Assembly: GCA_963827955.1 (NCBI GenBank)
Contig: CAWHDJ010000018.1
Location: forward strand, 1,309,297 to 1,373,296
Reading direction: 5' to 3'
Origin: an uncultured delta proteobacterium
Lineage (GTDB): Bacteria > Myxococcota_A > Polyangia > Polyangiales > Polyangiaceae
DNA: 64,000 nt
Part shown: positions 49,995 to 60,501 of the stretch, in pieces
How the letters are laid out: each line of letters opens with the position of its first letter
Numbering within the stretch: the stretch's first letter is position 1
The notes under the pieces: generated by a model
The model's input: only the letters and a program-made list of their open reading frames with translations
What the model was told of the DNA's origin: nothing
Databases searched by the model: none
Made by a program: the position numbers and the translations under genes

Positions 49995-51202
49995 ATGGCG
50001 CTCCTCCTGACCCGCCCCCCCGACGCCGAGCCCGAGTGGTTCGACGACTACCTGAGTTTCGGCGGCTACGCCGCGCTCTCCCAGGCGCGCGCAGGCTCGC
50101 CCGACGCGGTGCTCGAGGCCGTGCGCGCGTCCGGCTTGCGCGGGCGCGGGGGGGCGGGGTTCCCCGCGTGGCAGAAGTGGGAGCTGGCGCAGGCGTCGTC
50201 CTCACCCGCCCACCCGACGAAGCACGTGGTCGTGAACGGCGGAGAGCACGAGCCGGGCAGCCGCAAGGACCGCTTCCTCGTGGCGCGCTACCCGCACCGC
50301 GTGCTCGAGGGGGCCGCCCTGTGCGCGTTCGCGACCGGCGCGTCGTCCATCGTGCTCTACCTGATCGAGGACATGGCCGACGCCATCGGGGCGGCCCGCC
50401 GCGCGATTGACGAGGCCACGGCGGCGGGGCACCTCGCGGGGCTCGACGTGAAGGTCGCGCTCGCGCCCACCACGTACGTCGCGGGAGAGGAGACGGCTGC
50501 GCTCGAGGTCATCGAGGGCAGGAAGGCCTGGCCTCGCAAGAAGCCGCCGTTCCCCGGCAAGGTGGGCCTCTTCGGCCAGCCGACCACGGTGCAGAACGTC
50601 GAGACCATGGCGTGGGTGGCCGGCATCGTGCGCCACGGGCCGGCGTGGTTCTCGCCCGGCGCCATGCTCTGCACGCTCGACGACAGCTTCGCGCGGCCGG
50701 GTCTCGTCGAGGTGCCGCTCGGCACCACCCTGCGCGCGCTGGTCGAGGACCACGGCGGAGGTACGCGCGGTGGCCGCCCGGTCAAGGCGATCCTCCCGCG
50801 CTGTCGAGCGCCTTCCTGCCGGCCTCCGCGCTCGACACGCCCATGACCCACGAGGCGATGCGCGCCGCCGGCTCGAACCTGGGCTGCGGCGGCGTCTCGG
50901 TCGTGGAGGAGGGCACGTGCATCGTGGAGCGCGCCCTCGGGATCGCGAACTTCTTCAAGGCCGAGCAGTGCGGGCAGTGCCCGCCGTGCCGGATGGAGAC
51001 CGCGACGATCGCCGCCGTCTTCCAGAAGGTGGCCGCGGGGGAGCCGGGAGACTACGCGGCGCAGGTCGAGAAGATCACGGCGTTCGCGCGCGGCAAGGGG
51101 AACTGCAGCCTGATCGAGATGGCGGCGGCGCCCGCGCTCTCGGCGCTCCGCCTCTTCCCCGGCGACTTCTCGGCGCACGCCGCCACCGGGCGCTGCCCTT
51201 AG
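49995..51202 (+). CDS. NuoF-like NAD(P)H-binding FMN/[4Fe-4S] flavoprotein (apparent frameshift near 50760)
   Basis: RGRGGAGFPAWQKW and SLBB region in ORF 49995..50846. 4Fe-4S motif CGQCPPCR and the C-terminus in ORF 50612..51202. Confidence 0.7.
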
Positions 51203-51235
51203 CGAGCCCCTCGGGCGGCGGGCGTGCGCCTCGCT

Positions 51236-52237
51236 TCAACCCGCTCTTCGCTGAGCCTGGGGCGGCAGCAGAGAGAACGACGCCGGATAGCGCGACCCCG
51301 CCGCTGCGCCCGGCGGCGCGATGCGGTCGAGCCGCGCCAGGTCGTCCTTGGTCACCCGGACCTCGAGCGCGCGCAGGTTCTCGTCGAGATATGCGCGCTT
51401 CTTGGTGCCGAAGATGGGCACGATGTCGTCGCCGCGCGCAAGCACCCAGGCGAGCGCGAGCTGCGACGGCGAGCACCCCTTGTCGCGCGCCATCTTCTGG
51501 ATCTCGCCCACGAGCTGCAGGTTCTTGGTGAAGTTCTCGCCCTGGAAGCGCGGCGACTGGCGCCGGTAATCGTCGGCCGGGAAGTCGTCGGGCGTCTTGA
51601 ACCGCCCGGTCAAAAAGCCGCGCCCGAGCGGGCGTAGGCGACGAAGCCGATGCCCAGCTCGCGACAGGTCGCGAGCACGCCATCGTCCTCGGGCTCGCGG
51701 CTCCACAGCGAGTACTCTCTCTGCAGCGCGGTGATCGGATGGACCTTGCAGGCGCGCCGCAGCGTCTCCGGCCCCGCCTCGGACAGCCCGAGGAGGCGCA
51801 CCTTGCCCGCCCGCACCAGCTCGGCCATGGCGCCGACGGTGTCCTCGATCGGCGTCTTCGGATCGACGCGGTGCTGGTAATAGAGGTCGATCGCGTCGAC
51901 GCCCAGCCGCTCGAGGCTGGCGTCGCAGGCCTGCTTGACGTACTCGGGCCGCCCGTCGAACGCCGTGCCGCTGTCGCGGCCACGACTGCCGAACTTGGTC
52001 GCCAGCACCACCCAATCGCGCCGGTCCTCGATCGCGCGACCGACCAGCCTCTCGTTCGTCGTACGGCCCGTAGATGTCGGCGGTGTCCAGCAAGCTGACG
52101 CCGAGATCCAGGAAACGATGGATGGTGGCGATCGACTCCGCTTCGTCGCCCTTGCCGTAGAACTCGCTCATCCCCATGCAGCCGAGGCCGAGCGCGGACA
52201 CCTGGACGCCGTTGCGTCCCAGCTTGCGCGTCTGCAT
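51236..52237 (-). CDS. aldo/keto reductase (two apparent frameshifts)
   Basis: N-terminus [24 protein letters not shown]...LDTADIYG (ORF 51236..52294). Middle in ORF 51610..52011 ([19 protein letters not shown]...). C-terminus again in ORF 51236..52294 (...[17 protein letters not shown]). Confidence 0.7.
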   Translation of the reverse strand: MQTRKLGRNGVQVSALGLGCMGMSEFYGKGDEAESIATIHRFLDLGVSLLDTADIYGPYDEREAGRSRDRGPARLGGAGDQVRQSWPRQRHGVRRAARVRQAGLRRQPRAAGRRRDRPLLPAPRRSEDADRGHRRRHGRAGAGGQGAPPRAVRGGAGDAAARLQGPSDHRAAERVLAVEPRARGRWRARDLSRAGHRLRRLRPLGRGFLTGRFKTPDDFPADDYRRQSPRFQGENFTKNLQLVGEIQKMARDKGCSPSQLALAWVLARGDDIVPIFGTKKRAYLDENLRALEVRVTKDDLARLDRIAPPGAAAGSRYPASFSLLPPQAQRRAG

Positions 52238-52345
52238 GTGCGCCTCCCCCACGAAGGACGCACGTAAGACTGCGCGCCGGCGCGCGCCAGTCACGCGCGC
52301 TCATTTCCAGGGCGGTGAGCCCGGCTACCCGCCACGCCGCAAGGC

Positions 52346-54334
52346 TCACATCCCGCTGAAGTCGCAGCTCCCGTTCGTACACCCGGCGGGCACCGTGATC
52401 TTCGGCGCCCCCGCCCACACACTCGTCACGAACGCCTGGATCTGCGACCGCGCCGCGTCGCCCGCGGGGGTGCTCTGCGCGGCGAACCCGTGGATGTCGA
52501 ACGGGTCGCTGGAGGTCACCTTGTACTGCGTGATGCCGCTCGCGCCGTCGACCTCGGTCGCGTGCGGGATCCCCGACGCGATGGGCACGAGCACGGCGCC
52601 GACCTGCGTCGCGTCCGTGACCGTCGCGACCATCTCGCTGCCGGGGTTGGGCACGACGGGGTCGCCGATGCTCTCCTGGATCAGGAAGGCCGCGTCGCGC
52701 TTCGCGAGGTTGCTCGACCAGGGCGCGCCGTCGATCTCGTCCCAGTCGCCCTGGCTCATCGCGATCGCGGCCAGCGCGTTGAGGTTGCCCTGGTAGGGGT
52801 TGCGGAGCAGGCCCGCGATCATGCTGAAGAGGAGCGACTTGGGGACGTAGTGCGTCCACGCCGCGCCGGGGACGTTGAGCACGCCGTAGTGCATGGTCTG
52901 GTCCGCGCACACGGCGACGAGGCTGATGATGCCGCCGAGCGAGCCGCCCGCCCACAGCGAGGTGGTCGGGTCGGGGCGGCGGCCGGCGGCCGGGTTCGGC
53001 GCGCCCATCAGCATGGGCGCCGAGATCGCGTCGCCGATGACCCCGGGCAGCGCGGACTGGATCGCCGTGGCGTCGGCGAGGGCCTGCATCAGCATCGCGG
53101 CCGCGTGGTGCGAGCCCTCGAACACCGACGTGATGCCGACGAACGTGTCCAGCACGTCGCTCTGCGTCCAGCCGTCCCACTGGATGCCCACCTTGGCGGC
53201 GCCGGCGGCGGCGATCTCGGCGTCGAGGGTGTTGTCCTCGTACGTCCCGCCCGTGCCGTGGCCGTACATCACGAAGCGGTAGTCCCCGGTCCCCGTCGGT
53301 ACGACGATCCGGAACGGCGCCGTCCGCGTCCCCATGGACTTGGGCAGCCCGTTCGCGTCGAGCGAGAGCGCGCTGCCGGGCATCGGGTCGATGTAGTCCG
53401 GCAGCCCGCCGAGCGTGCCCTCGATGATCGCCGCGATGGGCGCCCCCATGCTCGTGTCGACGCTGGTGATGGTCACCGGCGCCTGGTTCGCGCTCACCGC
53501 CGCGAGCGCGCCCTCGCGCATCGAGGTCAGGCGCTTCTGGCTGTCGTCCTCGGTGCGGGTCGTGAAGTCCCAGACCATGAGCACGTGGTGCGGGTCGATG
53601 CCCGCCTTGGCGAGCACCGCGCGCGTGGGCGCATGGTACGCCGCGAGCTCGGCCTCCTGCTTCGTCGCCGGCTGGACGAGGGCGAGCGCGACCTCGGCGG
53701 ATCGCGTCGCCTTCAGCTTGTCGCCGCCCTTCGCGGGGAGGTCGTCCATGACCACGCCGACGTAGTCGGCGTTGGCCTCGAGGGGCCGGAGCGGGTACCC
53801 GAAGACGAAGGACTGCGGGGGCTGGCCGGTGACCTGCTGGCTCTCGACGTCGAAGCGCAGGGTCACGGTTTGCCCGAGGTCGGGCGCGTCGTGCTGCGCC
53901 ACGATGAGGCGCACGGGCCCGTTCGCGCCCGTCGGGATCGTGCCGACGTTGGTGTCGAAGGCCGTCACGAGCGGCGTCACGCGGGAGAAGCCGTTCGCGA
54001 GGTTGATCGACCACGGGTCGTCGGGGGCGATGAGCGACGACTTGGCGATCTGGACGCGGACGCCGGTCTCGGTGCTCTTGTCGGCGACCATGAAGGTGCT
54101 GGACGGCCAGGGCAGGAGGCAGGACACCGTGTCCATGTCCCCGCACGCCGCCGTGAGCGGCGCGCGCACGCCGGGCTGGCGGTCGGGGACGTGGAAACCG
54201 CCCGAGGACGAAGACGACGCGGACGAGGACGACGACGAAGACGTCGTGCTCGACGACGTGGTGGTCGGTGCGCTGGAGCAACCGTAGGAGGCGACGAGGG
54301 CGAGGAGCGGAAGGAGGGCGAAGCGGCGGATCAT
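52346..54334 (-). CDS. secreted lipoprotein, putative serine hydrolase (alpha/beta-hydrolase-like)
   Basis: Intact 662-aa ORF. Lipobox LLALVASYGC with S/T linker; HGTGG and GGSLGG (GxSxG) motifs. Confidence 0.45.
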   Translation of the reverse strand: MIRRFALLPLLALVASYGCSSAPTTTSSSTTSSSSSSSASSSSSGGFHVPDRQPGVRAPLTAACGDMDTVSCLLPWPSSTFMVADKSTETGVRVQIAKSSLIAPDDPWSINLANGFSRVTPLVTAFDTNVGTIPTGANGPVRLIVAQHDAPDLGQTVTLRFDVESQQVTGQPPQSFVFGYPLRPLEANADYVGVVMDDLPAKGGDKLKATRSAEVALALVQPATKQEAELAAYHAPTRAVLAKAGIDPHHVLMVWDFTTRTEDDSQKRLTSMREGALAAVSANQAPVTITSVDTSMGAPIAAIIEGTLGGLPDYIDPMPGSALSLDANGLPKSMGTRTAPFRIVVPTGTGDYRFVMYGHGTGGTYEDNTLDAEIAAAGAAKVGIQWDGWTQSDVLDTFVGITSVFEGSHHAAAMLMQALADATAIQSALPGVIGDAISAPMLMGAPNPAAGRRPDPTTSLWAGGSLGGIISLVAVCADQTMHYGVLNVPGAAWTHYVPKSLLFSMIAGLLRNPYQGNLNALAAIAMSQGDWDEIDGAPWSSNLAKRDAAFLIQESIGDPVVPNPGSEMVATVTDATQVGAVLVPIASGIPHATEVDGASGITQYKVTSSDPFDIHGFAAQSTPAGDAARSQIQAFVTSVWAGAPKITVPAGCTNGSCDFSGM

Positions 54335-54348
54335 GGTCGGCGAGCACG

Positions 54349-55845
54349 CTACGGCGGCGCCCGTTCGGCGGCAATCACCGGCGTGCGGCGCAGCACCAGG
54401 TAGCGAAGGTGGGGCACGTGGCTCTGCGCCACGGGCGCGAACGCCTCACCGACGCCCGGGAAGGCGGCGACGCGCAGCTCCACGCCCCTGGCGAAGAAGC
54501 TATTGATCCACGGCGCCTCGATCGGCTCGCCTTCCTTCAACAACAGCACCATCGCGTCCACCCGCCGCGCATCCAGGAGGCCCTCCGGCACGGCCTTCGT
54601 CGTGTGCCCCCCGGGCAGCGCGGCGATCTCCAGGTCCGTGAGCCCGGCCAGGTCCACGATCGTCGCGTCCGTGGCCGCGCCGACCCAGCCGACGTCGAGC
54701 GCGGCCACGACCTTCGCGCCCGCGAGCGCGGGGCGCACCTCCTCGATGAGCGCCCGCCGGTCCGCGCCGACCCCCGCGGCCGCGGGCCCCTGCCGGACGA
54801 AGGCGAAGATCTGGCCGGCGATGGCGAGCGCGAGGCGCGCGCCGGTGGCGAGGGGGGCGGCCTCGAGGGCGATGTACGCGGCGGCGAGGACGGCGGTGGG
54901 GAGCGCCGGAACGGCGAGGCGGGAGAGGGGCATCCAGTCGCCGCCGGCCACGGCGATGGCGGCGAAGTGGGCGGCGACGGCGGCGACGAGTCCGAGGGGC
55001 CAGCCGCGGAGCCGGCGCCAGGTGGTGATGGGGGCGACGAGGGCGACCGGGCCGGCGAGGAGGAAGCAGGCGAGGGCGTACATGGCGCCGAGGCCGACGG
55101 TCGAGGGCTTGGCGTAGACGGAGAGGGGGACGGGGCGGCCGAAGACGGCGAGGCGGACGGCGACGACGACGAGGAACGGGAGGATGGCGAGCGTGACCCG
55201 GGCAGCGCGGGCGGCGCCGGGGCGCGCGAGGGGAGCAGGGGAGGGGGGAGGGGGCGAAGCCGCGACGACGATCGCCCAGGGGAGGGCCTCGGGCCGGAGG
55301 GCGGCCACGAGGCCGGCCGCGGCGGCGCCGATGCGCGGGAGGCCGAGCTCCGGGAGCGCGACGGCGAGCGCGCCGAGCGCGGCCGCGAGGCCGGTCTCCA
55401 GGCCGGCGGCGCTCCAGGCGGCGAGGGGGCCGGAGAAGGCGACGAGGAGCAAGGCCGCGAAGCGGATGCGCGGGGGTGGGCGGGCGCCGGGGGCGTCGCG
55501 TGGGCCGGGCTCGCGGCGGCCCGCGCGGTCGACGGCGACGGCGAGGGCAGCGGCGGCGAGGGTCCAGGCGGCGACGCCGAGGGCCTTGGCGGCGGCGAGG
55601 GCGGCGAGGGGGCCCTCGCGGGCGAAGGGGGCGAGTAGGTAGGGGAAGCCGAGCGGGGTCACGCCGTCGGTCACGGGACCCAGGGCGTTGAAGCGGTAGC
55701 CGAGGCCGCGGGCGATGTGCGCGGCGTAGCGCGCAGGGATGAGCGCGTCGTCGACGGTGAACCCGTGAACGAGGCGCGCAGGGACGAGGGCGAGGAGCGC
55801 GCCCGCGGCGGCGACGATCGCGGTCTCGCGGCGCAGGCGGCCCAT
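54349..55845 (-). CDS. polytopic membrane protein (possible glycosyltransferase-type, >10 TM)
   Basis: ORF 54349..55881; start preferred at MGRLRRE. Hydrophobic throughout, with the N-terminal loop motif GFTVDDALIPARYAAHIARGLGYRFN. Confidence 0.45.
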   Translation of the reverse strand: MGRLRRETAIVAAAGALLALVPARLVHGFTVDDALIPARYAAHIARGLGYRFNALGPVTDGVTPLGFPYLLAPFAREGPLAALAAAKALGVAAWTLAAAALAVAVDRAGRREPGPRDAPGARPPPRIRFAALLLVAFSGPLAAWSAAGLETGLAAALGALAVALPELGLPRIGAAAAGLVAALRPEALPWAIVVAASPPPPSPAPLARPGAARAARVTLAILPFLVVVAVRLAVFGRPVPLSVYAKPSTVGLGAMYALACFLLAGPVALVAPITTWRRLRGWPLGLVAAVAAHFAAIAVAGGDWMPLSRLAVPALPTAVLAAAYIALEAAPLATGARLALAIAGQIFAFVRQGPAAAGVGADRRALIEEVRPALAGAKVVAALDVGWVGAATDATIVDLAGLTDLEIAALPGGHTTKAVPEGLLDARRVDAMVLLLKEGEPIEAPWINSFFARGVELRVAAFPGVGEAFAPVAQSHVPHLRYLVLRRTPVIAAERAPP

Positions 55846-55985
55846 GCGCGGGGCGTACCGAGCCGGCGGGCGGGTGTCCACTGCGGGAAGAGGGGGGCGG
55901 TGCGGTGCCGGATTGGTAGCCGGATTGCGCGGAAGGCCTGGCGCACGGGCGTGCCTGTTGCGCCGCGCAGGTGGTAGGGTTCGTC

Positions 55986-56900
55986 ATGGCCAAGCCGAGC
56001 CACGACGCTCCCCTCGCACTCCCCGTGATCGCCCCCACGGAGGAGGAGTGGCGAGCCCTGGCGCCGGCCGATCGCGAGGCGTGGCTCGTCCGGGTACTCG
56101 ACGCGCTCTCCGACCCGCGCGCCGCGATGACCGAGGGGCGCCGACACAAGAAGGCCAAGACGCGGGTCCTCGACGCCCTTGGTCTGCATTTCGGCGCGAT
56201 CGGGCGCACCATCTACCTCGCCGAGGAGATGGCCGTCGTGTACCCCGGGGAGGCCGTCTTCTCGCCCGACATCCTGGCTGTCGTCGGCGTCGCCGAGCCG
56301 GAGGACGATCCACGGATGGCGTGGGTTGTCGTCGACGAGGGCAAGGGGCTCGACCTGGTGATCGAGGTCCTGCACATGGGCGACCGGAACAAGGATCTCG
56401 TCGAGAACGTGGAGCGCTACGCGCGCCTCGGCATCCCCGAGTATTTCGTCTACGACCGACGGCACCAGCAGATCCACGGCTACCGGTTGCCGGACGAGAA
56501 CGCCCGCCGCTACCGGCGGATCGTGCCGCAGTTCGGGCGGCATGCGTCGGCGGTGCTGGGGCTCGACCTGGCCGTCCAGGAGGGCAGGGTGCGCTTCTTT
56601 TACGGCACGGCGGAGCTGTTCGGGACCACCGACCTGATCGGGCGGCTCAACCGCATGGTGGCGGATCTCGGGGCGCGTGCCGAGGATGCGCAGGCGCAGC
56701 TCGATACGGCGCAGGCGACGAAAGAACAGGCGCTCACGGGGCTCCGGGAGAGCCTCGTCGCTCTCCTAGGAGCGCGCGGCATCCCCTGCTCCGAGGAGGC
56801 TCGCGCCCGGCTCACGGCCTGCGACGACGTGGCGACGCTCCGGCGCTGGCTCGTGCGCGCGGCGACCGCCGGCACGGAAGAAGAGGTCTTCTCGGGCTGA
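55986..56900 (+). CDS. Uma2-family (DUF820) PD-(D/E)xK endonuclease-like protein
   Basis: ORF 55971..56900; start MAKPSHD. Uma2 core AVFSPDILAVVGVAEPEDD...DLVIEVL...KDLVENVERYARLGIPEYFVYDRR. Confidence 0.6.
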   Translation: MAKPSHDAPLALPVIAPTEEEWRALAPADREAWLVRVLDALSDPRAAMTEGRRHKKAKTRVLDALGLHFGAIGRTIYLAEEMAVVYPGEAVFSPDILAVVGVAEPEDDPRMAWVVVDEGKGLDLVIEVLHMGDRNKDLVENVERYARLGIPEYFVYDRRHQQIHGYRLPDENARRYRRIVPQFGRHASAVLGLDLAVQEGRVRFFYGTAELFGTTDLIGRLNRMVADLGARAEDAQAQLDTAQATKEQALTGLRESLVALLGARGIPCSEEARARLTACDDVATLRRWLVRAATAGTEEEVFSG

Positions 56901-57028
56901 GCCGCCCATCGTGGGCAGGGAAGCTCACCGAGGCGAGCCCAGCGCCCCGGGGCAAACGCCCTCCGGAGCAAGATCCCGTCGCCTTTCGTCGTTGCTCCCG
57001 CGCCGCGGCGTGCCCACCCTGTCCATCC

Positions 57029-57337
57029 ATGAAGACGACGCAACGTACCCTCGCCGCCCTCGTCGCTATCGGCTTTGCCTTCCTCATGGTCCCCATCTCC
57101 CCCGCGATGGGGGACGGCTCCTGCTCCGGCAAGTGCAAGGACGCGCAGCAGTCCTGCGACCAGAACTGCGACGTGCAGAAGGTCACGTGCATCGCCCGGT
57201 GCGGCGGCCCCGCCCCGCTGGGCAACCAGGCGTGCAATGACAAGTGCGCGAGCGCCCGCACCGACTGCGGCAACACGTGCCAGGCCAACGAGCTCATCTG
57301 CGAAGGCAAGTGCGTGATCCCGCTCCCCATCAAGTAG
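57029..57337 (+). CDS. small secreted Cys-rich protein (12 Cys in ~75-aa mature region)
   Basis: ATG at ~57029. Signal MKTTQRTLAALVAIGFAFLMVPISPAMG; mature region CSGKCKDAQQSCDQNCDVQKVTCIARCGG...CEGKCV. Confidence 0.5.
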   Translation: MKTTQRTLAALVAIGFAFLMVPISPAMGDGSCSGKCKDAQQSCDQNCDVQKVTCIARCGGPAPLGNQACNDKCASARTDCGNTCQANELICEGKCVIPLPIK

Positions 57338-57407
57338 GCGCGCCCCTCTCGCTCGCGGCGGCGCCGGCCTCGTGGCGACGGCAGCCCCCCATGCTAGCGT
57401 CCGCCCG

Positions 57408-58868
57408 ATGAGCGCAGAGACCCGCGGGTACGCGACCGAGGTCAGCTACCTGCGGAGCTTCTGCGGGAGCCTCGCGCCGCCGCTCCTCCGCGCCGTCGCC
57501 GCCCTGAACGGCGTCGAGCCGCCGCCCGCGGAGGGCTTCGACTACTGCGAGCTCGGCTCGGGCAACGGTGACACCACCGCGACGCTCGCCGCCGCGAACT
57601 CCCGCGCGCGCTTCGTGGGGGTCGACATCAGCCCCGATCACGCCGCCGTCGCGCGCGACCTCGCGCGCCGCGGGGGCCTCGGCAACGTCCGCTTCGTCGA
57701 GGGCGACTTCGAGGCCCTCGACCTCGCGGCGCTCCCCGCGTTCGACTACATCACCGCCCACGGCCTCCTGAGCTGGATCAGCCCCGCGAAGCGGCGCGCG
57801 CTCGTGGCCTTCGCCGAGGCCAAGCTGAAGCCGGGCGGGCTCCTCTTCGTCAGCTACAACGCGCTGCCCGGCTGGGCCGCGGTCGAGCCGCTCCGCCGGC
57901 TGATGTTCGAGGGCTCGGCCGGCGTGCCCGACACCCTCGAGCGCGCGCGCCGCGGCGTCGCCCTCGCCCGCATGCTCGCCGACGCGAAGGCCGGCTACTT
58001 CACCCAGAACCCCGTCACCCGCGAGATGCTCGAGGCCATCGCCAAGGGGGGCATGTCCTACGCGGTCCACGAGTACTTCCAGCCGTACTGGCACGCGATG
58101 TACGTCGCCGACGTCGCCCGCGAGATGGCCGCCGCGGACCTCGGCTTCGTCGGCCAGCTCCCGCTCTACCTGAACTACGGCGACCTCTCCGTGCCGTCCG
58201 AGGCGATGCGCCTCATCGCCGACGTGGAGGATCGCATCGTCTTCGAGAGCCTCAAGGACTACGCGCTCAACGAGTTCTTCCGGCGCGACGTCTACGTCAA
58301 GGGCTCGGGGAGCCGCGTCGAGGGCGCGACCGCGGCGTACCTCGACACCACCCCCTTTGGGACGCTGGTCCCCCTGGGCCGCCTCGCGCGCACCGTGCAC
58401 CTCCCCCACTACACGGTGGACCTCGGCGGCCCCGTCTTCGACGCCCTCCTCGCCGCCATCGCGGAGGCGCCCGCCTCCGCGCTCGAGCTCGCCCGCCGGC
58501 CGGACCTCGCCGCCTTCGGCCTCGATCGCGTGCGCGAGACCCTCTCGTGCGCCCTGCTCGGCGACGACGTAGCCCCCATGCGCCCGGACACCCCCGCCCT
58601 CGCGCCGCCTCCCCGCGGTCGTGTCCACGTGCCCTCCGCCTACAACCGGATGATCCTGGCGCAGGACCTCGGCCCCGAGAGCGTCGTCGTCCTCGCCGCG
58701 CCCGCCGCGGGGACGGGGATCGTCACCTCCGGGTCCGACCTCCTCGCGCTGCGCGCGGCGGCCGGCCTCGCGCCGGCCGGGCACGAGGAGGCCGGCGCGG
58801 ACGACGTGGAGCGCTTCCGCGTCGAGCGGGCGCCGAAGCTGGCGCAGCTCGGCGTGATCGCGAGCTGA
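57408..58868 (+). CDS. class I SAM-dependent methyltransferase with C-terminal regulatory domain
   Basis: ORF 57372..58868; start MSAETRGY. Motif I YCELGSGNGDT; VGVDISPDH. Confidence 0.65.
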   Translation: MSAETRGYATEVSYLRSFCGSLAPPLLRAVAALNGVEPPPAEGFDYCELGSGNGDTTATLAAANSRARFVGVDISPDHAAVARDLARRGGLGNVRFVEGDFEALDLAALPAFDYITAHGLLSWISPAKRRALVAFAEAKLKPGGLLFVSYNALPGWAAVEPLRRLMFEGSAGVPDTLERARRGVALARMLADAKAGYFTQNPVTREMLEAIAKGGMSYAVHEYFQPYWHAMYVADVAREMAAADLGFVGQLPLYLNYGDLSVPSEAMRLIADVEDRIVFESLKDYALNEFFRRDVYVKGSGSRVEGATAAYLDTTPFGTLVPLGRLARTVHLPHYTVDLGGPVFDALLAAIAEAPASALELARRPDLAAFGLDRVRETLSCALLGDDVAPMRPDTPALAPPPRGRVHVPSAYNRMILAQDLGPESVVVLAAPAAGTGIVTSGSDLLALRAAAGLAPAGHEEAGADDVERFRVERAPKLAQLGVIAS

Positions 58869-58880
58869 CGGCGTGGTCCT

Positions 58881-60296
58881 TCACGCCTGGGCGTGCGCCT
58901 TCGGCATCTCGAACCAGAAGCAGCTCCCGGCGCCGGGCTCGGCCACCACGCCGACCCGCCCCCCGTAGGCCTCGACGATCCTCCTCACGGTCGCCAGCCC
59001 GAGCCCGGTGCCCGCCTGCTTCGTCCGGCCCAGCCGCACGAAGGGCTCGAACACCGTCTGCTCCGCGCCCGGCGGCAGCCCGGGGCCGTTGTCCTTCACC
59101 TCGACGCGCACGTTCTCGGGCTGATCGGCGACGTGGAGGCGGATCTCCCGCACGGGCGCTCGCCCGTCGACGATGTACTTGATCGCGTTGCCCACCAGGT
59201 TGTGCAGCACGCTGCTCAGCGCGCCGGGCGTGCAGGCGAGCTGCTCGGGAGGGAACGGGTCGACGTGGAGCTCCACGTGCGCGGTCGCCGCAGCGGGCGC
59301 GAGATCCTCGACCACCTGCGCCATGACGTCGCCGAGCTCGGCCCGCGCGTCGGTGGACGGCTGCCCGCCCGCGCGCGCGAACTCGAGCAGCGAGCGGATC
59401 ACCTCGTCCATCCGCGCGACCTGCACGGACGCCTTGTCGAGCGCGCCCCCGAGCTTCCGGGTGTCGTCGTCCATGTGCGAGCGCATGATCCCGAGCCGCA
59501 TCGACAGCACGGCGAGCGGATCCTTCAGATCGTGGGCGACGCGCCCCGCGAACGCCTCCAGCTCGTCGGCCCGGTCCTGGAGGAAGCGCTCGTGGATCGC
59601 CGCCTCGCGGTCCGTCTGGCGGAGGAGGCGCAGCGTCAGCGCGGCGGCGACCGTCGCGACGAGCAGCGTGCCGGCGAACATGACGAGCGTGATCTGCTCG
59701 GCGCGCCTCTGGATGCCCAGGATGGTGCGCGCCTCGACCTCCCCCTGGTCGAGGTTGAGCCGGGTCAACCGCGCGAGGACGCTGTCGACGCGCGTGTCGG
59801 CCGCGAGCCAGTCCCGGAACCGCGCGACGCGGACCTCGAGGGGCGCGGCGCGCGCGGCGAGCAGGTCGGCGGTCCGGGTGTCGAACTCCGCCAGGGCCTC
59901 CAGCATCTCGTCGTGCAGCGCCTGCTCTCCCGGGAACTGCGGCGTCGCCAGCTCGCCGGCCACCGCCGCCCCGAGCCTGCTTCGCGCCGCCGCGACGTCC
60001 TTGGCGACGTGGGCGCCCATGCCCTCGGGGAGGAGCGCCGATCGGATCGCGTCCTCGAGGTCCGTCATGGCGGAGCGCGCGGCGGACAGGTGCTTCGCGC
60101 TCGGGAGGGCGTTCACCACCACGGCGGTGGCCCGCTGCTCGGTGGGCGCGAGGGCCCAGTAGCCGTACACCAGCGTGATCGCGAAGCCCCCGAGCACGAG
60201 GTACGTCGTCACGAGGAGGCTCCTCGCGAGCGACGCCGTGCGCTGCAACCCCTTCCGCCCGCGCGTCATGCGAGGCCCCACGGGGAAGGCGGCCAC
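58881..60296 (-). CDS. sensor histidine kinase (2 TM, HisKA + HATPase_c)
   Basis: Two TM helices flank a periplasmic loop. H-box AHDLKDPLAVLSM; N/G boxes VADQPENVRVEVKDNGPGLPPG and GTGLGLATVRRIVEAYGG. Confidence 0.85.
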   Translation of the reverse strand: MAAFPVGPRMTRGRKGLQRTASLARSLLVTTYLVLGGFAITLVYGYWALAPTEQRATAVVVNALPSAKHLSAARSAMTDLEDAIRSALLPEGMGAHVAKDVAAARSRLGAAVAGELATPQFPGEQALHDEMLEALAEFDTRTADLLAARAAPLEVRVARFRDWLAADTRVDSVLARLTRLNLDQGEVEARTILGIQRRAEQITLVMFAGTLLVATVAAALTLRLLRQTDREAAIHERFLQDRADELEAFAGRVAHDLKDPLAVLSMRLGIMRSHMDDDTRKLGGALDKASVQVARMDEVIRSLLEFARAGGQPSTDARAELGDVMAQVVEDLAPAAATAHVELHVDPFPPEQLACTPGALSSVLHNLVGNAIKYIVDGRAPVREIRLHVADQPENVRVEVKDNGPGLPPGAEQTVFEPFVRLGRTKQAGTGLGLATVRRIVEAYGGRVGVVAEPGAGSCFWFEMPKAHAQA

Positions 60297-60501
60297 CGGC
60301 GCGGCGAGGTTTCGTCGACCTTCGTGAGGGGACCTCGTGCGAGCGGCGGGGGCAGCATCGGCGCCTCGGAGATTGGCGCACGAATCCGGCTCCGGCGGTC
60401 GGGACGAGACGGAAACGCGATCAGGGAAGCCCCCGACGGGCGGCGCGCGGCCGAGCCCGGCAGCCTGCGCGGCGGCGCCCGCCGAACGAGCTCTGCGTGG
60501 G

